A DNA stretch of 64,000 bases from an uncultured Planctomycetia bacterium (lineage in GTDB: Bacteria; Omnitrophota; Gorgyraeia; Pluralincolimonadales; Pluralincolimonadaceae): NCBI GenBank assembly GCA_964650515.1, contig CAZYUB010000002.1, positions 12,708-76,707 on the forward strand. Reading direction: 5' to 3'. The notes below the pieces were generated by a model. The model saw only the letters and a list, made by a program, of their open reading frames with translations. It was not told where the DNA came from and did not search any database. The stretch's first letter is position 1; the number at the start of each line of letters is the position of its first letter. This document shows, piece by piece, positions 1-9,641 of this stretch. A program made the translations under genes and the position numbers.

Positions 1-327
1 TTCCTGTTGAAATACGATGACCATGCGCAATTACGAACTATACGGCCCGTCACTCCATATCCCGGTTCGCCGCTTTATTATTACGCGATAGAGAAAGGAT
101 TATTGAAGGATTGTGCGGACTTCTATGAGAATAAACATGTCAATTCGGATCTCATGAGCGTAAACTTCACGGACATGGCGGAAGAGGAGTATTACAGCTG
201 CCTGCTGGACGCGAACAAGAGGTTGATAACTAAATATTACGAGAACAAACATTCCGATTCCATGAAACAGGTCGATGACATTTACCTGAAGAAGGATCCG
301 GCATTCAGGGGATTCAGGCAGACATAA
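1..327 (+). CDS. C-terminal fragment of a B12-binding radical SAM protein (5'-truncated by window edge)
   Basis: Frame is open from nt 1. The tail 'TPYPGSPLYYYAIEKGLL' parallels the C-terminal 'PG(S/A)P(L/I)Y' segment of the four complete B12-rSAM paralogues in this window (e.g. 'PIPGAPLYDFAKL', 'AYPGSPIYSEAV'). Confidence 0.5.
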   Translation, partial: FLLKYDDHAQLRTIRPVTPYPGSPLYYYAIEKGLLKDCADFYENKHVNSDLMSVNFTDMAEEEYYSCLLDANKRLITKYYENKHSDSMKQVDDIYLKKDPAFRGFRQT

Positions 328-351
328 ATGCGAAGAAGAGCGGAGGTTTAC

Positions 352-834
352 ATGGGTACTAAAAAATGCCGCATGTTGGATGATATCGGCCTTATTGTGT
401 ATGATTTCGACGGGGTCTTCACGGATAACAAGGTGATTCTCAGGGAGGACGGCAAGGAGAGCGTTGTTGTGAACAGGTCCGACGGACTTGCGGTTGGCAT
501 GCTGAAAACCCTGGGTGTCCCGCAATTCATACTGACTACAGAAACAAACGGTGTCGTCAGATCCCGTGCGAAAAAGTTGGGCATCGGTATCAAAAAAGGG
601 CTGAAAGACAAGAGGTCGGCGCTTGTATCATTATGCAAGACGCACGGCGTGTCTCTCAGGAATGTAATGTTCGTTGGAAATGATATCAATGACCTCGAAG
701 CGATGAGGGAATGCGGCTATCCGGTTGCGCCAGCCGACTCTTACGCCCCGGCAAAGAAGGCAGCAAGGATAATCACAAAGGCAAAAGGCGGCGGCGGGGT
801 AGTGCGTGAACTGCTGGATATACTGTTAAAATAA
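352..834 (+). CDS. KdsC-family HAD-IIIA phosphatase (3-deoxy-ulosonate-phosphate phosphatase-like)
   Basis: HAD motif I 'IVYDFDGVFTDN' and motif IV 'GNDINDL', about 160 aa, as in KdsC/NeuAc-9-P phosphatase. ATG 352 has GGAGG 6 nt upstream; ATG 328 directly abuts the previous stop and is an alternative start. Confidence 0.6.
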   Translation: MGTKKCRMLDDIGLIVYDFDGVFTDNKVILREDGKESVVVNRSDGLAVGMLKTLGVPQFILTTETNGVVRSRAKKLGIGIKKGLKDKRSALVSLCKTHGVSLRNVMFVGNDINDLEAMRECGYPVAPADSYAPAKKAARIITKAKGGGGVVRELLDILLK

Positions 835-836
835 AT

Positions 837-2669
837 ATGCTTACATATGACTTGGGTATGATGAGGTCACCGGACGGCTCGTCATTAAGATATGAAGTGG
901 AAAGAAAGTCCTCCGATCTTGCTATTAAAATTTCGGAGGCCATTGCATCCGAGCGCGCGTATGAAGAGATTTCTGGAAGGCTTCCAAGCCGAAGGGTTCG
1001 GTCGTATTTCCAGTACCTGCTGAAGAAGGAAGTGTATCCTTATGTCCGCCAAGCCTGCGTGATTGATTGGTATAGGCGAAACTCAAAAGAAGTATCTCCG
1101 GAGAACCGTCCTGTAAAGGTTCCGATCGGAGGAATATTCCCGCTACTGATTCAATGCTGGGATTTTAACGATATTAAGATAATACCCGAAATAAAAGTAT
1201 GCTCAGTTTATAAGTCATTACCTATTATTGGTAAGCGGATCAAAGATATGTTATATAGGAAGAATCGCGCTCATAATTATAGCATGACGTTGCGCAAACC
1301 TGACGGATATATGATCGCGTGCCATTATACAGAAGGAATTGATCCGCTCAAGAGGAATGACCTTAACTGGTATGATGGAAGCGGGATTGATCCCATGAAG
1401 GTATTAGTCTATTTCGACACCCCCAACAACAGTAACGGAAATCCTGTTAGGAAGGAAGAGGTTGATAAGCTGAGAAAAGCGGGGTTCACAACCGTGGTAT
1501 TGAAAGAAGGCATTGTCGAGGGGGGTGAAAATATTTTATGGCCGGGTCCGGCAAATTGTAGGGATAGTGCTGTAGATATCCGGTCTGCGTCCAATTCCGT
1601 GGAGCGTTGGATATACGCAGCAGGTAACGATATTATCGGAGATGTTAAATATTGGCGTGCATTCCATGATGATTTTAATGTTAGGATAAACTATATTCCC
1701 GAGGAAGGCGCCATAAAGAACCATGCGCAGGCAATTGCTTTCGATATGGACGGGGAAAAGGGTGGGTTGCTTGCAGGTAAACAGCGCTCGGAAGCATACC
1801 TTCCTTATAGATACCATTTGGGATATCATCCGAAGCATTTGTTCTTCATGTGGAACAGCAGGGCCGCGGGGCAACTAGGTTGTGGAACTGAAACAATAGA
1901 CGATATTGTACTGACCGGCTATACTTATGACGCACTAAAAAGGTTGCGTTTCGATGGAGAAGGTTTACCGTCAAAGGATATGAGGACTCGCGGGGCAAAG
2001 ACCGTAATAGCATTGTTTGATAACATGCATGGATGCGATTATTTTGTATCGACGAATGACATGGTGCGTTTCTATAAAGCATTTTTTGAATGGGCCATTG
2101 CAGATGATAAAATCGGGTTGATAATTAAATCCAAGAAACCCATGGTCATGGAGAGGCTGCCGCGGATCCGGACATTGATGGCCAAAGCAACGGATACGGG
2201 CAGATGTATAAAGATGGACGACGAGTGGGGAAGGTATCCGTCAGATGCATCATTCGGTGCGGATTTTGCAGTCGGAACCGGGATATCGTCCGCCGTAATG
2301 GAATCGGTGATTTCAGGATGCAGGGGCATACATTATGACGCGACTCATTTGATAGGGCATGAATTCTACAAATGGGGACATAACAGGATAATCTTTGATG
2401 ATCTTGATAAGATGGTGAGTGCGCTGAAAGGATATGCCTTTGACCCGGGAAGTGAAGAAGGCCTCGGGGATTGGTCAAATCATTTAAATGAGATCGACTC
2501 CTTCCGTGACTGGAAGGGTGGAGAACGCATGGGTCAGTATATGAGAATATTACTGGAATCGTTCGATAAAGGAATGACAAGGCGCGAGGCTTTGGACAAT
2601 GCCGATAGGTTTTACAGGGACAAATGGGGGCAGGACAAGGTCATAAGGACGGGACAAACAAATGGATAA
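837..2669 (+). CDS. hypothetical protein with GT-B-like C-terminal signature (candidate capsule-type KpsC/KpsS- or TagF-like transferase)
   Basis: 610-aa ORF in the lower-GC block. C-terminal 'AVGTGISSAVMESVISGCRGIHYD' resembles the GT-B donor-binding helix. Same architecture as 9641..11491 and 17197..18633. No firm family assignment. Confidence 0.35.
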   Translation: MLTYDLGMMRSPDGSSLRYEVERKSSDLAIKISEAIASERAYEEISGRLPSRRVRSYFQYLLKKEVYPYVRQACVIDWYRRNSKEVSPENRPVKVPIGGIFPLLIQCWDFNDIKIIPEIKVCSVYKSLPIIGKRIKDMLYRKNRAHNYSMTLRKPDGYMIACHYTEGIDPLKRNDLNWYDGSGIDPMKVLVYFDTPNNSNGNPVRKEEVDKLRKAGFTTVVLKEGIVEGGENILWPGPANCRDSAVDIRSASNSVERWIYAAGNDIIGDVKYWRAFHDDFNVRINYIPEEGAIKNHAQAIAFDMDGEKGGLLAGKQRSEAYLPYRYHLGYHPKHLFFMWNSRAAGQLGCGTETIDDIVLTGYTYDALKRLRFDGEGLPSKDMRTRGAKTVIALFDNMHGCDYFVSTNDMVRFYKAFFEWAIADDKIGLIIKSKKPMVMERLPRIRTLMAKATDTGRCIKMDDEWGRYPSDASFGADFAVGTGISSAVMESVISGCRGIHYDATHLIGHEFYKWGHNRIIFDDLDKMVSALKGYAFDPGSEEGLGDWSNHLNEIDSFRDWKGGERMGQYMRILLESFDKGMTRREALDNADRFYRDKWGQDKVIRTGQTNG

Positions 2670-3834
2670 GCTCAATATTCTTGTTGTGGGAACAGGCATG
2701 TACGTTTGCGGCCGCGGCACATCTGGGGACGGGACCATAATGCCGGCGATATTCGAATGGGGCAGGACTGGAAATATCGGGAAGGTAATTGTAGCGGGCA
2801 GGAGTGCGTCCGGCGCAAAGGAAGCGAGAAGGAAGATAAGCGCGCTCAGCAGGAAAATGGGCGTATCCATTCCGGTATCTTTCTATCCGCAAGGGAACGA
2901 CGACGCAAAGGCGTACCTTAAAGCTATAGAAGACATGCCTCGGCCGGCATGCGCACTTGTGGCGACACCTGACAGGCTGCATAAGCGTAACGCAAAGGCG
3001 GCCATAAAAGCGGGATTGAATACGCTTGTAGTCAAGCCGCTTGTATCGACCGCTGCGGAAGTAAGGTCGCTTGTAGGCCTTCAGAAACGGATGAAAGTGT
3101 ATTGCGCGGTGGAATTCCATAAAAGGTATGATGATGCCAATCTGAAGCTAAGGGATGTTATATCACAGGGTGCTATAGGTGACCCGCTGTATTTCCTTGC
3201 TGAGTTCAGCCAAAGGAAGAGCATGCCGGAAAAAGTATTCAGGAGATGGGCAGCCTCTACTAATATTTTCCAATACCTTGGGATCCATTATGTGGACATG
3301 ATCCACTTTGTCACCAAGGCGAAACCGGTGCGGGCAATGGCTACCGGCCAGTCGTATTGGCTGAAATCAAAAGGCATTGATACGTATGATGCCGTTGAAG
3401 CCGTTACCGAGTGGAAAATGAAGAATGGAAAAAGATTCGTCTCGCATATACTCACCAACTGGATAGATCCCGAGAAGACATCGGCAATGTCCGACCAGAA
3501 GATAAAGGTCATAGGCACGAAAGGAAGATTTGAGTCAGATCAAAAGGACCGCGGAGTTACGATGGTTACCGACAAGAATGGCATAGAAGAGATCAATCCG
3601 TATTTTTGCGGCCAGTATGGCCCTTATGGGAATGTGAGATTTCGCGGCTATGGAATAGACAGCATAAAGACCTTTCTCGATGATTCTATAGCGGTAGAAT
3701 ACGGCAGCAAAACCATTGAAGAACTTGAGAAGGAAAGGCCTACCTTCAGCGACTCGCTTATATCCACAATGGTGCTTGAAGCCGTTAATACAAGCTTGAA
3801 ACGCAACGGTAAATGGGTTGAGATAGGCGGATGA
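2662..3834 (+). CDS. Gfo/Idh/MocA-family NAD(P)-dependent oxidoreductase
   Basis: N-terminal Rossmann 'LNILVVGTGMYVCGRG' and 'EWGRTGNIGKVIVAGRSA'; 390 aa, typical for this family (sugar dehydrogenases). Confidence 0.65.
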   Translation: MDKLNILVVGTGMYVCGRGTSGDGTIMPAIFEWGRTGNIGKVIVAGRSASGAKEARRKISALSRKMGVSIPVSFYPQGNDDAKAYLKAIEDMPRPACALVATPDRLHKRNAKAAIKAGLNTLVVKPLVSTAAEVRSLVGLQKRMKVYCAVEFHKRYDDANLKLRDVISQGAIGDPLYFLAEFSQRKSMPEKVFRRWAASTNIFQYLGIHYVDMIHFVTKAKPVRAMATGQSYWLKSKGIDTYDAVEAVTEWKMKNGKRFVSHILTNWIDPEKTSAMSDQKIKVIGTKGRFESDQKDRGVTMVTDKNGIEEINPYFCGQYGPYGNVRFRGYGIDSIKTFLDDSIAVEYGSKTIEELEKERPTFSDSLISTMVLEAVNTSLKRNGKWVEIGG

Positions 3835-4874
3835 AAAGGATATCCGTACCGCACGAGCGGTTATCGGTATTTATAAAGAAAGTGCTTCTGAATGCCGGGG
3901 TGCGCGAAGATGTTGCGTATCATGTCACTGAAGGACTCGTGCAAGCGTCATTAAGGGGCGTCGATTCCCACGGCATAAGGCTCTTTCCGCATTATATGGC
4001 GTCGGTAAAAGCCGGCAGGATAAATCCCGGCCCCGCATATAAGTTCGAGAGGACATCAGCCTCTACCGGAAAGTTCGACGCGGACCATACGTTCGGGCAC
4101 GCCGCGGGCATAGAGTCGGCGAGGAAGGCTGTGGAGCTCGCGAAGGAAGCGGGGACGGGCAGCATAGCCGTGTTCAATTCGACCCACTTCGGCGCGGCCG
4201 CATATTTCACGCTCGAGATAGCCAAACAGGGGATGATAGGGTTGAGTTTCACTCATGCGGATTCCCTGATGAAGACATATGCGGGCAAGAGGGCGTTCCT
4301 CGGGACGAACCCGATATCTTTCGCCGCGCCGGTGGAGGGCGAAGAGCCGTTCTGCCTAGACATGGCCACGACGCTTTATAATTTCAACAAGATAAAACAG
4401 CTGAGGGAGCGCAAGCATCCCGCACCGGAAGGCGTAGGCGCGGATACGGAAGGCAATGAGACGACGGATGCGGATAAGATATCGATGCTGCTTCCAATAG
4501 GCGGATACAAAGGATACGGCCTCAGCCTGATGGTGGAGGTGCTTTGCGGGATACTTACCGGCATGCCATATGGCCCGAATATATCGAGCATGTTCAAGGC
4601 GCCGTTATCGCAGAAAAGGTTCCTCGGACATTTTATTTGCGCCATGAGGATAGACTGCTTCCAGGAAGAGAAAGTGTTCAAGCGGCGCATGTCCGCGCTT
4701 TTGAATGAACTGAGGAATGAGCCTCCCATGGAGAAAGGGGTACCGGTGCAGGTGGCGGGAGACCCGGAGAAGAAGGCCGCCTCGGCAAGGATGAAAGAAG
4801 GGATACCGATGGCCGCGCAGGAGGCGGAGGCCTTCATGAAGTTATCCGCCGAATACGGGGTGGAATTCATATAG
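3831..4874 (+). CDS. Ldh_2 family (malate/L-lactate/L-sulfolactate-type) dehydrogenase
   Basis: 'GVDSHGIRLFPHYMASVKAG', 'HTFGHAAG', 'GSIAVFNSTHFGAAAYF' match the type-2 malate/L-lactate dehydrogenase fold; 347 aa. Confidence 0.6.
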   Translation: MKRISVPHERLSVFIKKVLLNAGVREDVAYHVTEGLVQASLRGVDSHGIRLFPHYMASVKAGRINPGPAYKFERTSASTGKFDADHTFGHAAGIESARKAVELAKEAGTGSIAVFNSTHFGAAAYFTLEIAKQGMIGLSFTHADSLMKTYAGKRAFLGTNPISFAAPVEGEEPFCLDMATTLYNFNKIKQLRERKHPAPEGVGADTEGNETTDADKISMLLPIGGYKGYGLSLMVEVLCGILTGMPYGPNISSMFKAPLSQKRFLGHFICAMRIDCFQEEKVFKRRMSALLNELRNEPPMEKGVPVQVAGDPEKKAASARMKEGIPMAAQEAEAFMKLSAEYGVEFI

Positions 4875-6520
4875 TGGAAAGAGCGGACTTCGCGATAATA
4901 GTCCCTCCGGCGGGGGTAAGCAATACGGTGTATCCGCCGTACGGGGCGATGTACATAGCCAGCGCGGCAAGGAAGGCGGGGCTAGAGGTCCGCATAATCA
5001 ATGTCGATACAGACAGGATATCGAACGCTGAAGTGATTAAACGGCTGAAGGCGTTCGGGCCGGGGTTTATAGGCATAAGCGGTATAGTCGCGCCGTCATA
5101 TAGATATATCAAATGCCTCAGCACGGATATTAAGTCCGCGATGCCGGAGAGCATACAGATACTCGGCGGAGGGTTATCGAGCGCGGCAGAGACGGTCCTG
5201 AGGAACATGCCGGTGGATTACGTCATAGCGGGCGAAGGAGATTCGGCAATAACGGAACTCATCGGCCGCCTGCGGAACGGGAAGGTTCCTTCGGATGTAA
5301 CCGGGCTTTATTACAGGGATGGCGGAAAATACGTATTCACGGGCGCGAGGAGACTTATCGCGAATATAGATGAATTGCCGTATCCCGCATTCGACCTTGT
5401 CGATATGTCCAGGTATATGCCTGACGGGAAGGAGTTCATAGGGTATTTCATCCAGGATATAAAGGACAGAAGGATAACGGATCCCGGCCGTAAGGGCGGG
5501 ATGGTGACGATACCGACAGGCAGAGGATGCTTCGGGAAGTGCTCATTCTGCTTCAGGGCATACCCGGGGCTCAGGACCCATTCCATGAAATATGTATTCG
5601 ACCTCATAGAATACTGCGCGGAGAAATTCGGCACGAGCTACTTCTCCTTCGGGGACGAATGCTTCGCGCCGAACAAGGAACATAATTGGAGGTTTATCGA
5701 GGAGTACAAGAGGAGGAAGCTCGACCTCGTCTTCAGGATACTCGGCATGAGGGTCGACACGGTCGACAGGGATATATTGCACGCTTATAAAGATATAGGA
5801 TGCTGGATGATCGAATATGGTTTCGAGGCCGGCAACCAGAGGATGCTGAATATCATCGACAAGAGGGTTACTGTGGAGCAGAACAGGCAGGTCGCCCTCT
5901 GGACCAGGGAGGCGGGGATATATACGTCGCCGACGATCGTCCTCGCGATGCCCGGAGAGACGGACAGGACAGTCAACGAATCTATAGGGTTCCTTAAATC
6001 GCTGAACCTCGGTTATAAGCAGTACCAATGGTCGTACGCCCTGCCGATACCCGGCGCGCCGCTATATGATTTCGCGAAGCTGTCGGGCGCCATCAAGGAC
6101 GAAGACGAATATCTCACCTCGCTTGACGGCAAGGTCGCGGGCGCGGGGGTCTTCCATGTAAATCTTACCGATGAGCCGGACTCGACTGTCGCCGGATGGG
6201 CGGACAGGATAAAGGAAGAGGTCGACGCGGATTATTTCAGGAGGGTATACAGGTTCGGGGCGGTTGCCGCGATAGCGCGCCTTTTAAAGAAGATCCGCCT
6301 GCATTTAAGGAGGAAGGACCTGAAGGATGTCATCAAAGGAAAATTGAAGAGCATCTGGCGGGGACATCCGGGCGGGCAAACCTCTGCCCCTGTCGCAGTC
6401 CCGGCAAGGTTCAGGAAGAGAAGTGATATCGTATTCGAGGACCTGATAAAGGGCATGGACGATACGGTCATCAACAGGGATATGGCGCTGAAGAACATAA
6501 ATACGAGGATTGCGTCGTGA
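4874..6520 (+). CDS. B12-binding domain radical SAM protein (class B rSAM; probable sugar C-methyltransferase or epimerase)
   Basis: N-terminal cobalamin-binding Rossmann-like region, then 'TGRGCFGKCSFC' (CxxxCxxC) radical SAM cluster motif. GTG start overlaps the upstream stop. Confidence 0.7.
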   Translation: MERADFAIIVPPAGVSNTVYPPYGAMYIASAARKAGLEVRIINVDTDRISNAEVIKRLKAFGPGFIGISGIVAPSYRYIKCLSTDIKSAMPESIQILGGGLSSAAETVLRNMPVDYVIAGEGDSAITELIGRLRNGKVPSDVTGLYYRDGGKYVFTGARRLIANIDELPYPAFDLVDMSRYMPDGKEFIGYFIQDIKDRRITDPGRKGGMVTIPTGRGCFGKCSFCFRAYPGLRTHSMKYVFDLIEYCAEKFGTSYFSFGDECFAPNKEHNWRFIEEYKRRKLDLVFRILGMRVDTVDRDILHAYKDIGCWMIEYGFEAGNQRMLNIIDKRVTVEQNRQVALWTREAGIYTSPTIVLAMPGETDRTVNESIGFLKSLNLGYKQYQWSYALPIPGAPLYDFAKLSGAIKDEDEYLTSLDGKVAGAGVFHVNLTDEPDSTVAGWADRIKEEVDADYFRRVYRFGAVAAIARLLKKIRLHLRRKDLKDVIKGKLKSIWRGHPGGQTSAPVAVPARFRKRSDIVFEDLIKGMDDTVINRDMALKNINTRIAS

Positions 6521-7563
6521 TAAAGGAAGCACTGCTTGGCGCGGATTACAGGTTCGACGGGGCGCGGGCGCCCGAATCGCTGAGCAGCCCGCAGAATGAG
6601 GCGAGGGAGCTCTTCCTTAAGGAAATCCACGCGAGGGGAAGATACATCGACGTAGAAAGATGCCCTTTCTGCGGGGCGACGGAGTTCACTAAGATATCGG
6701 AAAGGGACGCGAGGGGGCTGCCGTGCGAAGTGGCCGTCTGCGACGCCTGCGGCGGTTGCTTCAAGAACAGGATATTGGACCCGGAGGCGAACAGGTACCT
6801 ATACGAGAAGATATCATACAAGCTTAGAGGCAAGGACCGTTCTCCCGGTGCGGTAGAAGCGCTGTTCAGGAAAAGGATAAAGGAATTCGCCTACCCGAGA
6901 TACGGGTTCATAAGGCATTTCGCCGAACTGGAGCAGGATATGGACCTTATCGCCGAATTCGGCTGCGGCGACGGAGCGAACCTGGTCCCGTGGAGGAATG
7001 ACGGTTTCAGCGTGACAGGCATCGAGTTCGACGGCGGAATGGTCGAGTTCGGCAAAAGCAAGGGGCTCGACCTCGTTCAGGGCGATTTCATGACTCACGA
7101 CCTCGGAGGGGCGAGGCCGAAGCTTATAATACTGTCGCACCTGCTTGAGCATGTATCGGACATGGACGCGGTCTTATCGCGCATACATTCCGTGCTCGAC
7201 CCTTACGGATACCTTTTCATAGAAGTGCCGGGCGTGAAAGGACAGGGCCTTGGCAGGCCGTTATCTTCGTTCGATGTTGAGCACAATTACTATTTTGACC
7301 TCGAAAGCCTTTCGTCGGCGCTGGGGAAGAACAGGTTCTCCGTGGCTTACGGAGACGAATATATAAGGATGATCTGCAGGCCGGCCGGCGCGCAGATCGC
7401 GGGACCGCAGAATAAGAAGGCCGGCGCGCGAAGGTTGTTGGACCTGTTCAGGCGAGAGGAGTCGGGAAGCATCAGGGCGAAGGTCATGAACAGGCTGACC
7501 GGCGCGTACTTCAAGGCGTATTATTCGATATTATCGTCAGGAGTCGGACATGGCAAAGCGTAA
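6517..7563 (+). CDS. class I SAM-dependent methyltransferase with N-terminal Zn-ribbon
   Basis: 'CPFCG...C..CG' zinc ribbon, then SAM motif I 'IAEFGCGDGANL'; GTGA start overlap. Confidence 0.6.
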   Translation: MIKEALLGADYRFDGARAPESLSSPQNEARELFLKEIHARGRYIDVERCPFCGATEFTKISERDARGLPCEVAVCDACGGCFKNRILDPEANRYLYEKISYKLRGKDRSPGAVEALFRKRIKEFAYPRYGFIRHFAELEQDMDLIAEFGCGDGANLVPWRNDGFSVTGIEFDGGMVEFGKSKGLDLVQGDFMTHDLGGARPKLIILSHLLEHVSDMDAVLSRIHSVLDPYGYLFIEVPGVKGQGLGRPLSSFDVEHNYYFDLESLSSALGKNRFSVAYGDEYIRMICRPAGAQIAGPQNKKAGARRLLDLFRREESGSIRAKVMNRLTGAYFKAYYSILSSGVGHGKA

Positions 7564-8287
7564 ATGCAGGACGGTCGCAATGATACCCGCGCGCATGGGC
7601 AGCACGAGGCTCGCTATGAAGAACCTCGCGTTGATAGGCGGGAAACCGATGATCTACTACGCGATAAAGGCGGCGAAGGATTCGGGCGTATTCGACAGGG
7701 TGGTCATAAATTCGGAAGACAGCGTATTCGCGAAGATAGCGAAGCGTTACGGCGCGGAATTCTACCTGCGCCCGCGGGAATGGGCGACCTCGGCCGCGAA
7801 ATCAGATTACGTGGTATATGATTTCGTCAGGAATAACCCGTGCGATGTGGTCGCGTGGGTCAACCCGACGTCGCCGCTGCAGACTGCGGACGAGGTAAGG
7901 GGCGCCATGGAATATTTCGAAAAAAAGAAGCTCGATTCGATGATAACCGTCAAGGACGAGCAGGTCCATTGCGTATATAAAGGAAAGCCGGTCAATTTCA
8001 AGCTGAAGGAGGTCTTCGCGCAGACGCAGGACCTCGTCCCTGTACAGCCCTTCGTATATTCGGTGATGGCATGGAAGACGGGAAGGTTCATGAAAGAGTT
8101 CGAAAAAAAGGGTTTTGCGTTCTTTTGCGGTAAGACGGGGTATTACCCGGTAAGCAAGCTCGCGGGCATAATAATCAAAAGGCAGGAAGACCTGATGGCC
8201 GCGGACCTTATACTGCGGTCTATCTCAAAAAAAGGCGGGTACAAGCTGCGATACGACAAGCTCGCCGTAAAGGGCAGGAGAGGATAA
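7550..8287 (+). CDS. acylneuraminate/CMP-ulosonic acid cytidylyltransferase (CTP_transf_3, NeuA/PseF/LegF-like)
   Basis: 'VAMIPARMGSTRLAMKNLALIGGKPMIYYAIKAA...FDRVVINSED...AKRYGAEFYLRP' matches the CMP-NeuAc synthetase N-terminal fingerprint. Confidence 0.7.
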   Translation: MAKRKCRTVAMIPARMGSTRLAMKNLALIGGKPMIYYAIKAAKDSGVFDRVVINSEDSVFAKIAKRYGAEFYLRPREWATSAAKSDYVVYDFVRNNPCDVVAWVNPTSPLQTADEVRGAMEYFEKKKLDSMITVKDEQVHCVYKGKPVNFKLKEVFAQTQDLVPVQPFVYSVMAWKTGRFMKEFEKKGFAFFCGKTGYYPVSKLAGIIIKRQEDLMAADLILRSISKKGGYKLRYDKLAVKGRRG

Positions 8288-8288
8288 T

Positions 8289-9641
8289 TTGGGAAAGCTC
8301 GCTTCTATCATAATCAGGACAAAGAACGAGGAGCGCTGGATAACGCAGTGCCTGCACGGCGTATTCGAGCAGGAATACAGGGATCTCGAGGTCATACTCG
8401 TGGATAACGAAAGCGAGGACAAGACGCTCGAGAAGGCTGGGCAGTTCAAACTTGCGAAAGTCGTGAAATGCACAGAATACCTGCCGGGCAAAGCCCTCAA
8501 CATCGGAATAAGGGAATCGAAGGGGGATTATATAGTATGCCTCTCGGGCCATTGCATACCCGTGAACTCGAAGTGGCTCGGGAACTTGCTGAAGGACCTC
8601 GATGACCCCGGGGTGGCAGGCGTATACGGCAGGCAGGAGCCGATGAGCTTTACCCCCGATTCCGACAAGCGGGACCTTACGCTCGTCTTCGGGCTCGACA
8701 GGAAGGTCCAGCAGAAGGACAGCTTTTTCCACAACGCGAACAGCGCGATGAGAAAAGAGACCTGGCGGAAATACCCGTTCAATGAGGCCGTCACGAATAT
8801 CGAGGACAGGGTCTGGGCGAAAAAGGTCCTCGAACAGGGATATAAGATAATATATGAGCCGGAGGCGAGCGTATACCATTACCACGGTATACACCAGAAC
8901 AGCAACGAACAGCGCTGCTCGAACGTCGTGAAGATAATGGAGAAGCTCCATGCAGGATTCAGCAGGAAGCCGATAGACATGGAGAAGATGGACGTCGCGG
9001 CGATAATACCGGTAAAGGGCGCGGCGAGGTATGTCGGGGATGCGCCGCTCATCGAATACACGATAAAGAGGGCCAAGGGATCGAAGTACATAAATAACGT
9101 GATAGTCTCCACGGATAACGAAGAGACCGGGCAGTTGGCGAGGAAGCTGGGCGCGAACGTGCCGTTCATAAGGGACCCTTCGCTCTCGAAAGAGAATATC
9201 GACCTCGCGCAGGTCCTGCGGTATACGATGAAGAAGCTCGAGGAGTCGCGCATACTTCCGGATATCGTCGTCCTGCTGGAGGTCACGTTCCCGTTCAGGC
9301 CCGAGGGCCTGCTCGACGACATGATCGCGCAGCTCGCGGAAGGCGGGTTCGACAGCGTCGTCGCGGCGAAGAAGGAGAACAAGGCGATATGGCAGCAGAA
9401 GGACGGTGTCATATCGCAGATAGAGGAAGGCATAACCCCGAGGCAGTTCAAGGAGCCCACGTATATAGAGTTGAAGGGTGTGGGCTGCGTGACGCATCCG
9501 GAGTTCCTCAGGGAAGGCAAGCTCCTCGGTGAGAAGGTGGGCATCTACGAACTGGACAACCCGTATTCGCACCTCGAGGTCAGGAGCGAGGAGGATTATA
9601 AGCTCGCGTCATCGCTCATAAAGGAGGTATTCGGGAGGTAA
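8289..9641 (+). CDS. bifunctional protein: N-terminal GT2 glycosyltransferase fused to C-terminal CTP_transf_3 cytidylyltransferase domain
   Basis: N-terminus 'ASIIIRTKNEERWITQCL...VILVDNESED' (GT2). C-terminus 'VAAIIPVKGAARYVGDAPLIEYTIKRA...VIVSTDNEETGQLARKLGANVPFIRD' (NeuA-like). TTG start with GGAGAGGA RBS. Confidence 0.6.
   Translation: MGKLASIIIRTKNEERWITQCLHGVFEQEYRDLEVILVDNESEDKTLEKAGQFKLAKVVKCTEYLPGKALNIGIRESKGDYIVCLSGHCIPVNSKWLGNLLKDLDDPGVAGVYGRQEPMSFTPDSDKRDLTLVFGLDRKVQQKDSFFHNANSAMRKETWRKYPFNEAVTNIEDRVWAKKVLEQGYKIIYEPEASVYHYHGIHQNSNEQRCSNVVKIMEKLHAGFSRKPIDMEKMDVAAIIPVKGAARYVGDAPLIEYTIKRAKGSKYINNVIVSTDNEETGQLARKLGANVPFIRDPSLSKENIDLAQVLRYTMKKLEESRILPDIVVLLEVTFPFRPEGLLDDMIAQLAEGGFDSVVAAKKENKAIWQQKDGVISQIEEGITPRQFKEPTYIELKGVGCVTHPEFLREGKLLGEKVGIYELDNPYSHLEVRSEEDYKLASSLIKEVFGR

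Noticed and set aside
2706-2921. Small + strand ORFs nested within larger genes in other frames (e.g. 2706..2921, 5800..5997, 7564..7821, 15747..15938, 43687..43887)
   Set aside because: They are out-of-frame overlaps inside well-supported enzymes. They are Arg-rich and show no independent start signals.
8220-9572. Long minus-strand ORFs. Besides 8220..9572 (450 aa), others include 18054..19514 (486 aa), 42234..43661 (475 aa), 57789..58796 (335 aa), 37198..38091, 11568..12347, 12498..13232 and 60565..61371.
   Set aside because: Each lies antisense to a + strand gene with strong, specific domain motifs. Their translations are Arg/Leu/Pro/His-rich low-complexity sequences with no recognisable motifs, as expected for shadow ORFs in 55-60% GC DNA. 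None has a plausible RBS or start context.
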